From the NCBI GenBank assembly GCA_963806185.1, contig CAWDXE010000004.1, forward strand, positions 416,001-480,000: DNA of 64,000 nt. Reading direction: 5' to 3'. Position 1 is the first letter of the stretch, and every line of letters begins with the position of its first letter. This document shows, piece after piece, positions 28,857 through 38,835 of the stretch. The DNA is from an uncultured candidate division Zixibacteria bacterium. Lineage in GTDB: Bacteria; Zixibacteria; MSB-5A5; GN15; FEB-12. The translations under genes were made by a program, and so were the position numbers. Below the pieces are notes generated by a model, which saw nothing but the letters and a program-made list of their open reading frames with translations, did no database searches and was not told the DNA's origin.

Positions 28857-31016
28857 TTACAGTTTGTCCGGTTTCTGGAAAGCCGTCGGACTCACCGGTG
28901 CGTTAATCTGGAAATCCGAATAGCTGATTGTGCCGACTTTCTGCCCGCCCATCGTACGACTCATAGTCATGGGGAGCTTGAGGCCCTGCACATCCTTGAG
29001 ATCTGAATATACTTCCAGAATGGTTCCCTCACCCATGGGTGACTCACCGACAAAGCTCTTGCCGACCAGCAGATTGGTTTGACTGTTGATCGCCAAACGG
29101 CACAGCTGCTTGCCGTTCTTGTCGACGATGGCCACGAAGTTGACGTCAACGCCGTCAAGATTGCCCACGCCGTCAAACACCGGCTGATAAACCGGCTTGT
29201 CGGCCTGCATGAACAGGTTGATCATGTTTCGGGCACTCTCCTCGTCATCCTTAGTCAGATCATCCTCAGTCTTAACAATCGGCTGCGGATTGCCCGGTTG
29301 GCTGCGCCAGCCGGATTTCTGGTCCCGAACGTCGTACATCTTCTGTCCCATCATTGAGACCACCTGCATGCTCAGGTTGGGGAGGATGCGCGACTCCTCG
29401 AAATCCAGCGGAAAGTCCCCCTGGGGAGTGCTCAGGACATACTTTCCTTTGCTGACGATCGACTTCACTTTCTTAAACGCGGCGACACCGCCGTGAGCTG
29501 CCGCCGATTTGGCGAGCAGTTCCTGGCCCTTGGCCAGATTCTCAGGCGTCATGGCCAATGCGCGTTGTTCCTCACCGGACGGTATGGTCACGTCGATGGT
29601 CTCGACATCGCCCAAGCCGAGTTGGTCGAGTGGCACGTCAAAATCCTTGGCATTCCCCACAATTAGCACTTGGAGAGCATCCGGGCGCAAGTGTGCCTTG
29701 GCTGCTGCCATGATGGATTGCGGCGATGTCTTCTCGATCTTGCTGCGGACCTGCAGATTGAAGTCCGCCGGCAGATTGTAGAAATCGTAATTGAGGAGAC
29801 GATTAATCACTTCGGCCTTTGAGTCAAACTGGAAGACGAATGAGTTCAGGTATCCATCTTTCGCCATCCGCATCTCTTCCGGCGTGGGTGGATCTGTTTG
29901 CATGCTTTGGATCTGCTTGATAATTTCGCGAACTGCCTTGGCCGTGGTGGCCGATTTGGTCGAAGCGAAATTGTAGAAGATTCCGGGATACGCCACCTGG
30001 GCCGAGTAGACGCCGAAGACCGCATAGGCGAGGCCTTCCTTGGAACGCACGTTCTGGAACAACCGGGTCGCGAATGAGCCGGCGCCCAGAACGTTGTTCA
30101 TCATGATCAGGTCCGCATAATCAGGGTCGGTCTGTCGACCGCCAATGTGACCGATATAGATCTTCGACTGATTGATGTCGGCCTTGTCCACGTATAGCAC
30201 CCGTTTCGGGAACTTGTAATCGACGGTCGGCGGAGGGGGGACGGTGACATTGCCACGCTGCCAGCCACCGAAGTACTTTTTGACCTTCTCAATTATGGTC
30301 GCTTTGTCGATGTCGCCCCAAATTGCCAACTGGACGTTTTCGGGGTGAAACCACTGGGCGTGATAATTGACCAGGTCATCACGGGTAATTGCGGCGATGG
30401 TCTTGTACTCGGTGTGCCGCGCATAAACCGACGTCGGTCCGTAGATGGCCTTCGAGAATTCCCGGGCGCCAATATCCTCGGCATCGTCGTTGCGACGGGA
30501 AATCGCTGATCGCTGTTCGATTTTGGCCAGATCCAGCTTATCCGGATCAAAAACCGGCCGTTGGAGGACATCCGCCAGTACCTCGAGACCAAGGTCGGTA
30601 TAATCGGTCAGGACGAACATCGAGCCGCTGGCAAACAGCAGACCGATTGAAGTCTCGACGCTGGCGCCGACACTTTCGAGTTGCTTGTCGATTTCATCAC
30701 CGGTCCACTTCTGCGTGCCGCCGGTGCGCATAACGGCTCCCGTTATACCCGCCAATCCGATCTTGTCGGCGGGATCCAGATAGGAACCGCAATTGATGCG
30801 GGCTGCTGCCTGGACAGTCGGGAGACTGTGATCCTCCAGCAGATACAGACGTATTCCGTTATCGAGCGTAACCTTCTGAACGTCCGGAATAACCGGCTGT
30901 TTCGCCGGGGGAAACTTGGCAATGATCTTGTCGACGTCCTGTGCGGAGGCAGTCGCGATAAATGCCGCAATGAGCAGCAATGCCACACTGCCAAGCCATA
31001 GCGATACTCGTTTCAT
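28857..31016 (-). CDS. M16 (pitrilysin) non-catalytic subunit with an extra C-terminal ~240-aa domain
   Basis: Signal peptide; LDNGIRLYL; no HxxEH; RSKEGLAY motif; C-terminal AHGG...KSIVSKG extension. Confidence 0.85.
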   Translation of the reverse strand: MKRVSLWLGSVALLLIAAFIATASAQDVDKIIAKFPPAKQPVIPDVQKVTLDNGIRLYLLEDHSLPTVQAAARINCGSYLDPADKIGLAGITGAVMRTGGTQKWTGDEIDKQLESVGASVETSIGLLFASGSMFVLTDYTDLGLEVLADVLQRPVFDPDKLDLAKIEQRSAISRRNDDAEDIGAREFSKAIYGPTSVYARHTEYKTIAAITRDDLVNYHAQWFHPENVQLAIWGDIDKATIIEKVKKYFGGWQRGNVTVPPPPTVDYKFPKRVLYVDKADINQSKIYIGHIGGRQTDPDYADLIMMNNVLGAGSFATRLFQNVRSKEGLAYAVFGVYSAQVAYPGIFYNFASTKSATTAKAVREIIKQIQSMQTDPPTPEEMRMAKDGYLNSFVFQFDSKAEVINRLLNYDFYNLPADFNLQVRSKIEKTSPQSIMAAAKAHLRPDALQVLIVGNAKDFDVPLDQLGLGDVETIDVTIPSGEEQRALAMTPENLAKGQELLAKSAAAHGGVAAFKKVKSIVSKGKYVLSTPQGDFPLDFEESRILPNLSMQVVSMMGQKMYDVRDQKSGWRSQPGNPQPIVKTEDDLTKDDEESARNMINLFMQADKPVYQPVFDGVGNLDGVDVNFVAIVDKNGKQLCRLAINSQTNLLVGKSFVGESPMGEGTILEVYSDLKDVQGLKLPMTMSRTMGGQKVGTISYSDFQINAPVSPTAFQKPDKL

Positions 31017-31030
31017 AGCATCCTTTCTCA

Positions 31031-32527
31031 TTAGCTCTTGGCCGTGTTCATCATAATTACCACACGGTTCTTGTGGGTCAGGTACTCTTTGGCCACGCGT
31101 TGAATATCCTGCGGCGTGACCGCGTTAATACGATTGAGTTCGTTGAACATTTCCCGCCAGTCACCCCAATAGGTCTGGAAAATGCCCAGCTGGAGAGCCA
31201 GACCCTGGTTGCCGCGAAGCTGGGCGATGAAGGACGCTTTGGCGCGCGCACGAATCTTCTCCACCTCTTCCATGGGCAGAAGTTCGTTCTGTGTCTTTTC
31301 GACAGCGGCGAAGATCTCCTTCTCACACTCTTCGTTTGTCTTGCCGGCAGCGGGAATTGCCAGAACGATTGTCATCGCGGGGTATTTGTCCCCCGGATAA
31401 CCGTTAAAAGCACCAACCTGTACGGCCATCTTCTTTTCTTTCACCAGCGTGCTGTACAAAAGCGACGTGCGTCCACTGGCCAGGTAATCCGATAGCGCCT
31501 GCAAAGCGGGGCGGTCGGGATGGGTCACTTCGGGCGTGTGCCACCCAACCATATATACCGGTTGGGAGGGGTCTTCAAGCATCGAACGCCGTTCCCCGGA
31601 TTGGGGCGGTTCAACGGTGGCAATGCGCTCCGGTGCCGGGCGGTACGGAATGCGTCCGAAGTACTTCTCAGCCAGGGCAATGATCTCAGTGGTGTTGACA
31701 TCGCCCACTACGGCCACTACCAGATTTGAAGGACCATAATATTTGTCGAAGAACGTTTTGGCTTCGGCCCGGGAATAATACTGGATGTCCGACATATGTC
31801 CGACGCCGGAAATGCCGTAGGGATGGGCCGAAAAGGCGACCCCGTCGAATTCCTCGAACATCTTGCCGAACGGATTCGACTCCACGCGCATGCGACGCTC
31901 TTCGGCGACGACGTCCCGCTCCTTGTACATCTCCCGAAAGACCGGATTGAGGAAGCGCTCGGATTCCAGCGCCATCCACAGTTCCGCCTTATTGCTCGGA
32001 AGGCTGTAGAAATAGGCCGTGATGTCATTCGCGGTGAAAGCGTTCAGATCCTCGCCCCCTTCACGATCAATCACTTGCCCAAAGGCGTTTGGTTCGACCA
32101 ACTGATACGACGCTTCCCGGGCGGCCTCGTACTTCTTCGTCAAGTCGGCAATTTTCGCGGAATCGGCAAAGCGGCCCCGGTTGCGCTCGGCTCGGAGCTG
32201 CATAAAAAGCGTGTCCTCAAACTCTATTGCCTTTTTTTCCTTTGGGTAATCTTTCGAACCCAGGGTCGTGGTGCCCTTGAAAGCCAGATGCTCAAACATA
32301 TGGGCGAGGCCGGTGTAGCCCTTAGGGTCGTCGACCGATCCGACATTGGCAACGGTCACAAAAGACGCCACCGGAGCGTCATGTTGCTCCAGTACCAGAA
32401 CCGTCAGTCCGTTCTTCAGCCGGTGCTCAGTAACAGAGCTTTCAAGCTTCGTAAAATCGAAGCCATTGGCGACCGAGACACCCAGCACCGCAATTAGCGT
32501 CAGCAGGCGCAGTGTCCGCTTGATCAT
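31031..32527 (-). CDS. M16 family zinc peptidase, catalytic subunit
   Basis: Signal peptide; GLAHMFEHLAFKGT (HxxEH); NAFT; ERDVVAEE. Confidence 0.92.
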   Translation of the reverse strand: MIKRTLRLLTLIAVLGVSVANGFDFTKLESSVTEHRLKNGLTVLVLEQHDAPVASFVTVANVGSVDDPKGYTGLAHMFEHLAFKGTTTLGSKDYPKEKKAIEFEDTLFMQLRAERNRGRFADSAKIADLTKKYEAAREASYQLVEPNAFGQVIDREGGEDLNAFTANDITAYFYSLPSNKAELWMALESERFLNPVFREMYKERDVVAEERRMRVESNPFGKMFEEFDGVAFSAHPYGISGVGHMSDIQYYSRAEAKTFFDKYYGPSNLVVAVVGDVNTTEIIALAEKYFGRIPYRPAPERIATVEPPQSGERRSMLEDPSQPVYMVGWHTPEVTHPDRPALQALSDYLASGRTSLLYSTLVKEKKMAVQVGAFNGYPGDKYPAMTIVLAIPAAGKTNEECEKEIFAAVEKTQNELLPMEEVEKIRARAKASFIAQLRGNQGLALQLGIFQTYWGDWREMFNELNRINAVTPQDIQRVAKEYLTHKNRVVIMMNTAKS

Positions 32528-32699
32528 GAGTTACCTCCATGGTTTGTAAGATCTATTTAAATGGTCAACTGCCGCGAATTAAAGCTCTGCGGTGTCTAAA
32601 GTCAAGTGGGGCAAATACATTGAGCTTCACCGGGAAGAATGCTTCTGGAAATGGGTATTCAGAACAGGAAATAGAATCTCAAGGCTAAGGAGAACTGCT

Positions 32700-34709
32700 A
32701 TGAAACCCGTCCTGATCGCAACAGCAATGGCCCTCGCGAGCCTCGTGTTCGCGGCCGTCGTCTCGGCTAAAGTCGGGACAATCCACGTATTTGTCACTGA
32801 TGCCGTTTCCGGCTCCCCGTTGGAGAACGCCGTGGTGACGCTTGAAAACGCCCCCGGATCGGCCATCTCCGATGCTTCCGGTTTGGCCGTCCTCCACACG
32901 CCAAAAGCGGGGCGGTACGTCGTGCGTGTTACTCACGGCAACTATAAACTGAATGCAACCGCAACCGTCGAGCTCACGTTAGATCGAATTGCCACCATAC
33001 ACGTGAAACTCACGCCGCTGAAGGACAAGAGCAACGGAAACTACGAGGACAAGCTGAACACTGCAAGTCATCAGGCGACCGGTGTGACGACGGATTCCCA
33101 AAGCACCTCCGAGTCCGTTCTGAAATCGGGCCAGTCCCTGCGCGATGCCCCGTCGGCCATATCATCCGACAATACCCCCGGCGTCCAAGCCGATTCGTAT
33201 ATCGATACTCGGATGGAGAAGCGAATTATGGCGGGGCAGTCCAACATGCCAATGCCGAGCCTCGATCGCTATAATCGACAATACAGCGAGCCAGAACTAC
33301 CCCCCTTCGACATGTACTTCCGTGAATATGGTACTCACGGTTTCGTAGATCCGCGTCGTGACGCCCAGTCGACCTTTGGCCTGGATGTCGATGACGCCTC
33401 ATACACCCTGGTGCGGCGTTATCTGACCGAGGGTAACATTCCGCCGGCTGAAGCCGTGCGCGTGGAAGAGTTCGTGAACCACTTTGACTATGGGTACAAC
33501 TCTCCCGATGATGGTACCTTTCGCATTTTTTCGGAACTCACTCCCTCACCATTCCGCGATGGCGTGTGGATGCTGAAACTTGGTATCAAGGCACGCGAGG
33601 TATCAGACTGGCAACGGAAGCCGGCGCGGCTGGTCGTCGTCATCGACGAATCCGGTTCGATGGGCTACGATACGCGCCTGCAGTTGGTCAAGCGGTCGGT
33701 GGAAATCCTGGCTCGTCAGCTTGATCGCGACGACAGGATTGCGATCGTGGCCTATCGGGACAACGCGCGAATTGTGCTGCGTTGGACCCGTGCCGATCGG
33801 ATCAATGATGTTGTTTCGGCGATTGGGCGTATCCATCCGGGGGGATCGACGAATGTGGCCGCCGGGCTGGAGATCGCCTACCGGCTGGCTGGGGAGCAAT
33901 ATTCCGCCGAGGCCATCAACCGCATCGTTCTGTTCTCTGACGGCGTTGCCAATGTCGGCCCGACGTCAGCCGACGCTATTATGCGGTGCGTCTCCGACCA
34001 GGCGCGGCGTGGAATCAATCTGTCGACTTTCGGGGTCGGCATGGGAAATTACAACGATGCGCTGTTGGAGCAATTGGCCATCAAGGGAAACGGCAGGTAC
34101 GCCTACCTCAACAATTCCGACGAGGTAGAGAAGCAACTGGCCGATCAATTCACCAGCGCGCTGCAGGTGGTCGCGCGCGATGCGAAAATCCAGGTGACCT
34201 TCGACCCGAGCCAGGTCGCGGCCTATCGATTGATCGGCTACGAGAACCGCAACATCGCCGATGAAAAATTCCGAGATCGTCGCCAGGACGGTGGCGAAAT
34301 CGGTGCCGGGCACGAAGTAACTGCGCTCTACGAACTGGTTGTCGACAAGCGCCACAAGGGACAGGTATTGGCCGATGTCTCCTTGCGGTGGAACGATGTT
34401 GACCGTCACGAAGTCATCGAAATCAATCGTGAGATTGCCTGGTCCGATGGAAGCAGAAGCTATCAGCAAAGTCGCCCTGAACTGAAGCTGGCGATAGTCG
34501 TTGCCGAGTTTGCACTCGCGCTAAAGGGATCCGACTACAGTACGGTCAATTTCGAAGAAATCAGCCGTCAGGCGCAGGCGATCGTGCGAGCGATGCCGAA
34601 CGAGCAGACGCGCGAACTGGCCGACCTTGTCTCTCGTGCCGGCGCGATGTACGACTATCACGCCGACGACCGTGATGATGATCGCCGGTACGGTGACTAC
34701 AAACGGTAG
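32700..34709 (+). CDS. Secreted vWA domain protein (YfbK-like) with N-terminal carboxypeptidase-regulatory-like domain
   Basis: STFGLDVDDASY, VRVEEFVNHFDY, MIDAS DESGSM, YRLIGYENR, GGEIGAGHEVTALYE; start ATG 32700. Confidence 0.88.
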   Translation: MKPVLIATAMALASLVFAAVVSAKVGTIHVFVTDAVSGSPLENAVVTLENAPGSAISDASGLAVLHTPKAGRYVVRVTHGNYKLNATATVELTLDRIATIHVKLTPLKDKSNGNYEDKLNTASHQATGVTTDSQSTSESVLKSGQSLRDAPSAISSDNTPGVQADSYIDTRMEKRIMAGQSNMPMPSLDRYNRQYSEPELPPFDMYFREYGTHGFVDPRRDAQSTFGLDVDDASYTLVRRYLTEGNIPPAEAVRVEEFVNHFDYGYNSPDDGTFRIFSELTPSPFRDGVWMLKLGIKAREVSDWQRKPARLVVVIDESGSMGYDTRLQLVKRSVEILARQLDRDDRIAIVAYRDNARIVLRWTRADRINDVVSAIGRIHPGGSTNVAAGLEIAYRLAGEQYSAEAINRIVLFSDGVANVGPTSADAIMRCVSDQARRGINLSTFGVGMGNYNDALLEQLAIKGNGRYAYLNNSDEVEKQLADQFTSALQVVARDAKIQVTFDPSQVAAYRLIGYENRNIADEKFRDRRQDGGEIGAGHEVTALYELVVDKRHKGQVLADVSLRWNDVDRHEVIEINREIAWSDGSRSYQQSRPELKLAIVVAEFALALKGSDYSTVNFEEISRQAQAIVRAMPNEQTRELADLVSRAGAMYDYHADDRDDDRRYGDYKR

Positions 34710-34738
34710 TTCCCTCTTAGACTCTCATTATATGCAAA

Positions 34739-34767
34739 GGGTCGGCGGACAGAGTGTCCGCCGACCC
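34739..34767. terminator. Hairpin between convergent genes
   Basis: GGGTCGGCGGACA-GAG-TGTCCGCCGACCC. Confidence 0.7.
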
Positions 34768-34794
34768 ACATTTACATACCGTCGGTAGTTTAGA

Positions 34795-37365
34795 CTACCA
34801 CCAGGTAATCAGTTTCGGTTTTTTCACGTGCAAGAGGCTTTCGTTTTTCGGAATGACGCGCGCCGTTATGCCGAATCGTCCGGATTCCTGACAAGTGACC
34901 TCGCCGGTGTAGCCGTAGATGCCGTCTTCGGCGTTACCCAGATGGCCATTGCTTCCGAATACCGTTCCTGCCCGCTCCGGATCGAGCAATTGCTCCTGTG
35001 AATTGAGTCGACCGGAGATAATCTCGACGCGGACGTCGTCCGGTGTCAGCGAGCCAAGCTTTACCTTCATTGAAACCGGGACTTTTTGGCCGACCTGCAC
35101 GGTTGCACCCAGATCGGGCACATCCAGATCGGTTATGGCGATGCTGTTCCAGCTGTTGCTGACCCGGTCGAGCCAGCCGGATATCTTCTTATTGAGGTCA
35201 TAGTCGTTTTCACGGAGGCGGACCGACTGCTTGATCGCCGGGATATAAAACGCGTTGGTGTAATCCATCAACATGCGTTGCGCGGAAAACCGCTGGCCGG
35301 CCATCTGAATGGATCCCTTCATCCGGGCGATCCAGCGCTCGGGCAGATCAATGTCGTTTCGTTCATAGAAGGCGGGGATGACCTCGCGTTCCAGCGTATT
35401 GTAGAGATTCTCGGCGTCCAGTTGATTCTGGTACTGGACGTTGTCGTATTCCTCGCCGTTGCCGATCTTGAAGCCGTAGTCGTCATTGTAGGCTTCCGCC
35501 CACCAGCCGTCGAGTATCGACAAATTCAGCGCACCGTTGAGCGCCGCTTTCATGCCGGACGTCCCGGAGGCTTCTTCGGGTCGGCGGGGATTATTGAGCC
35601 AGACGTCAGCGCCCTGGACGAGATACCGCGCGACGTTGATATCGTAATCCTCAAGGAAGATGATCCGGTTGCGGAACCTCTTCTCGTTGGCGAAGCTCAA
35701 CAACAACTTGATAATCTCTTTCCCGGGGTTGTCGAGCGGGTGCGCCTTGCCCGAGACGATCAGTTGCACCGGGCGCTGCTCATCGTTGAGGATTCTATCG
35801 AGGCGGTCGATATCAGCAAAAATCAGCGCACCGCGCTTGTACGTGGAAAAGCGGCGTGCAAACCCGATCGTCAGTGTACCCGGATCGAGCACCGTATCAG
35901 CGCGCTGGACTTCCAATTGAGACGCCCCTCGCCGCAGGAGCTGGTTTTTGAGGCGTTTGCGGGCGAAGAAGACGAGTCGTTCCCGCCGCTTGTTATGTAC
36001 GCGCCAGAGCTCGACATCCGGAATACGCTCGACTTTCTCCCACACTTCCGGGGCGCCGGGACGTTCCACGTAACGTGGGCCAAAATACGATTCGTACAGT
36101 TCATTGACATCATGCGAGATCCACGTCGCCGGATGCACACCATTGGTGATGGCTCGAATCGGCACTTCGTCCTTCGGCAAATTCGGCCAGATATTGTGCC
36201 ACATTTCGCGCGATACTTTTCCGTGCAATTCGGAAACACCGTTGCAAAGGGCGGCCGTCTTCAGCGCCGCCACCGTCATGCCGAACTGCTCGGTTTCATC
36301 GGTCGGATTGATGCGACCGATACCCAGGAATTCCTCCCAGGTGAGACCGAGCTGACGCACCATATCACCCAGATACCGGTGCACCAGCACCGATTCGAAC
36401 TTTTCATTTCCGGCCGGCACCGGCGTGTGGGTCGTGAAGATCGTGGTCGACCAGATGAAATGCACGGCCTCCTTGAATGATAATCCGTGCTCCTGAGTCA
36501 GGATGCGCAGCCGCTCCAGATTGAGGAACCACGAGTGCCCTTCATTCGAGTGAAAGATCGCCGGTTTGATGCCCAGAGCCCGCAAAGCGCGTACGCCGCC
36601 TATGCCGAGGACGATCTCCTGGCGAATACGCATATCCTTGTCGCCGCCGTAAAGCACGGACGTAATCTCGCGTCCCTTGGAGGAATTTTCCGGAATATTG
36701 GTGTCCAGAAGGTAGAGCGGCGTCAGCCCGACGGTCACTTTCCAAATGGCGATCTGCACCGGGATATTGTCCAGTTGCACCATGACCTTGATCGGTTCGC
36801 CTTTGTCATTGAGCGCCGGTTGTACCGGCATATGGTACCAGTCGTTTTCTTCGTAGCGCTCCTGCTGCCAGCCGTCGGGGGAGAGCATCTGGCGGAAATA
36901 GCCGTATCGGTACAGCAGCCCGACCGCCACCATCGGCAGGCCGAGATCGGAAGCGGATTTCAGCGTGTCACCCGACAACACGCCAAGCCCGCCGGAGTAG
37001 ACGGGCAGACCCGTGTCCAGACCATATTCGAGAGAGAAATAGACGATGGGGCGATTCTCATACTCACCGTACTTGTAGTGAAACCATTTCTTACGGTGCA
37101 AGTAATCCTGAAATCGGGTGTACACTTTGTCGAGAGCGTTCAGGAAAGCCTCGTCTTTGGAGGCCTTGAGCAGCAGATGCTGCGGTAGGCGGGAGAGCAT
37201 TTCGACCGGATTCTGCCCCGATTTTTCCCACATGTCGGAATCAAGCCTTATGAACAATTTGACAATGTCCCAATTCCACGAATACCAAAGATTGTTCGCC
37301 ATTTCCTGAAGAGCTTTTATTCGCGGAGGGAGATTTGGCAGGACCAGCAATTGTTTGACGCGCAT
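34795..37365 (-). CDS. glgP: Alpha-glucan (glycogen) phosphorylase
   Basis: YSGGLGVLSGD, HSNEGH, FTTHTPVPAG, EASGTSGMK (PLP lysine). Confidence 0.95.
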   Translation of the reverse strand: MRVKQLLVLPNLPPRIKALQEMANNLWYSWNWDIVKLFIRLDSDMWEKSGQNPVEMLSRLPQHLLLKASKDEAFLNALDKVYTRFQDYLHRKKWFHYKYGEYENRPIVYFSLEYGLDTGLPVYSGGLGVLSGDTLKSASDLGLPMVAVGLLYRYGYFRQMLSPDGWQQERYEENDWYHMPVQPALNDKGEPIKVMVQLDNIPVQIAIWKVTVGLTPLYLLDTNIPENSSKGREITSVLYGGDKDMRIRQEIVLGIGGVRALRALGIKPAIFHSNEGHSWFLNLERLRILTQEHGLSFKEAVHFIWSTTIFTTHTPVPAGNEKFESVLVHRYLGDMVRQLGLTWEEFLGIGRINPTDETEQFGMTVAALKTAALCNGVSELHGKVSREMWHNIWPNLPKDEVPIRAITNGVHPATWISHDVNELYESYFGPRYVERPGAPEVWEKVERIPDVELWRVHNKRRERLVFFARKRLKNQLLRRGASQLEVQRADTVLDPGTLTIGFARRFSTYKRGALIFADIDRLDRILNDEQRPVQLIVSGKAHPLDNPGKEIIKLLLSFANEKRFRNRIIFLEDYDINVARYLVQGADVWLNNPRRPEEASGTSGMKAALNGALNLSILDGWWAEAYNDDYGFKIGNGEEYDNVQYQNQLDAENLYNTLEREVIPAFYERNDIDLPERWIARMKGSIQMAGQRFSAQRMLMDYTNAFYIPAIKQSVRLRENDYDLNKKISGWLDRVSNSWNSIAITDLDVPDLGATVQVGQKVPVSMKVKLGSLTPDDVRVEIISGRLNSQEQLLDPERAGTVFGSNGHLGNAEDGIYGYTGEVTCQESGRFGITARVIPKNESLLHVKKPKLITWW

Positions 37366-37421
37366 ACGAAAATTACCCCGGTTTCTTCCTTGAACCCATA
37401 GAGAGCCCTGGTGTTCTCTCT

Positions 37422-37448
37422 ATATCGACCGTGATCGCAAAGAGCTTA
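37422..37448 (-). promoter_or_regulatory. sigma28-like promoter of glgP
   Basis: TAAG-N15-GTCGATAT. Confidence 0.55.
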
Positions 37449-37510
37449 TGTGGCCGGGCAAGTCAGTCCCTAAAAGGGGGCGGAATCTTTTTCCAATCTG
37501 CTTGTCCCGC

Positions 37511-37537
37511 TAAGCACGTTTCGGCTTTCGCCGATAC
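37511..37537 (+). promoter_or_regulatory. sigma28-like promoter of the pfkA operon
   Basis: TAAG-N15-GCCGATAC. Confidence 0.65.
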
Positions 37538-37615
37538 CAGTGAAGGGTTCAGTATATACCGAGGGGCGACATTTTTGTACTACAATTTTCAGACCTTTTA
37601 GCGTAAGATAGGGAT

Positions 37616-38776
37616 ATGCCAAAAACACGTAAGCGCGTAGGAATCCTGACCGGCGGTGGCGACTGTCCCGGTCTTAACGCGGTGATAAACGCCGTCGTCA
37701 AAGCAGCCACGATCGATTATGAGATGGAAGTGATCGGTTTCCTTGATGGTTACGAGGGACTCGTCGAGAATCGCTTCAAGGTGCTCGGTCTCGCTGATGT
37801 GTCGGGTATCCTGTCTCTTGGGGGCACCATTCTGGGTACCTCAAACCGTGCGGATCCATTCCACTACCCCGTCCTTCAAGGCGACGATTTCGTGTATATG
37901 GACCGCTCCTCGCAGGCCATACTCAACTACGAGGCCTTGGGGCTCGACGCTCTGATCGCGGTTGGCGGTGACGGTACCATGGCTGCATCAGCCCAGATGG
38001 CCGAGAAGGGCATTCCAATCGTAGGTGTGCCCAAGACCATCGATAATGACTTGTACGGTACGGACCAGACTTTTGGTTATGATTCGGCGTTGGCGATAGC
38101 TACGGAGGCAGTTGATCGCATCCACACCACTGCTCAGGCCCATCACCGGGTGATGATTATAGAAGTAATGGGGCGGTACGCCGGTTGGCTGGCGCTTGGC
38201 GCCGGATTGGCCGGGGGAGGAGATATCATTCTGCTTCCGGAAATTCCGTATGACATCGATGCGGTCTGCGCCAAAGTGCGCGGTCGAACGGCGCGGGGAA
38301 AGACCTTCTCGATAATTGTCGTGGGCGAAGGGGCCAAGCCTATCGGCGGCAGTATGGTCGTTGCCCGCCGGGTGAAAAATTCGCCTGACGCTATCCGTTT
38401 GGGTGGCATTTCCAATGAGTTAGCCAAGCAACTTGAAGCAATACTTAATATCGAATGTCGGGTGACCATTCTCGGCCACCTTTTGCGCGGTGGATCTCCA
38501 ACCGCTTATGATCGCATCCTCGCGACCCGTTTCGGCTACGAAGCAATAGGCCGTGTCGCATCCGGTGCATTCGGTCAGATGGTTGCGCTTCACGGAACTG
38601 AAATCGGCTCGGTACCAATTGCGTCGGTGGCCGGTAAATTCCGTCGCGTCACCCCAGACCATCCGTGGGTTAAGGTAGCCAACGGTATCGGTCTGAGCTT
38701 GGGTGTGCCGGCCGAACATTCGCTGGATCAGTATTTCAACGAATCAATCTTTGGCACAGACAAGGCCAAGGCGTGA
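37616..38776 (+). CDS. pfkA: 6-phosphofructokinase (PfkA family)
   Basis: TGGGDCPGLN, GGDGT, PKTIDND, EVMGRYAGWLA. Confidence 0.93.
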   Translation: MPKTRKRVGILTGGGDCPGLNAVINAVVKAATIDYEMEVIGFLDGYEGLVENRFKVLGLADVSGILSLGGTILGTSNRADPFHYPVLQGDDFVYMDRSSQAILNYEALGLDALIAVGGDGTMAASAQMAEKGIPIVGVPKTIDNDLYGTDQTFGYDSALAIATEAVDRIHTTAQAHHRVMIIEVMGRYAGWLALGAGLAGGGDIILLPEIPYDIDAVCAKVRGRTARGKTFSIIVVGEGAKPIGGSMVVARRVKNSPDAIRLGGISNELAKQLEAILNIECRVTILGHLLRGGSPTAYDRILATRFGYEAIGRVASGAFGQMVALHGTEIGSVPIASVAGKFRRVTPDHPWVKVANGIGLSLGVPAEHSLDQYFNESIFGTDKAKA

Positions 38777-38835
38777 TTGATCGTGGTGCGTTTCGACGTT
38801 CGGGCATCACTCATTACCATGGAAGGTAACCAACT

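Noticed and set aside
35086..36480. 464-aa plus-strand ORF (also 43035-44228, 38995-39993, 2286-2984 and many others)
   Set aside because: Antisense shadows of confident genes, expected from GC-rich codon bias, with no recognisable motifs
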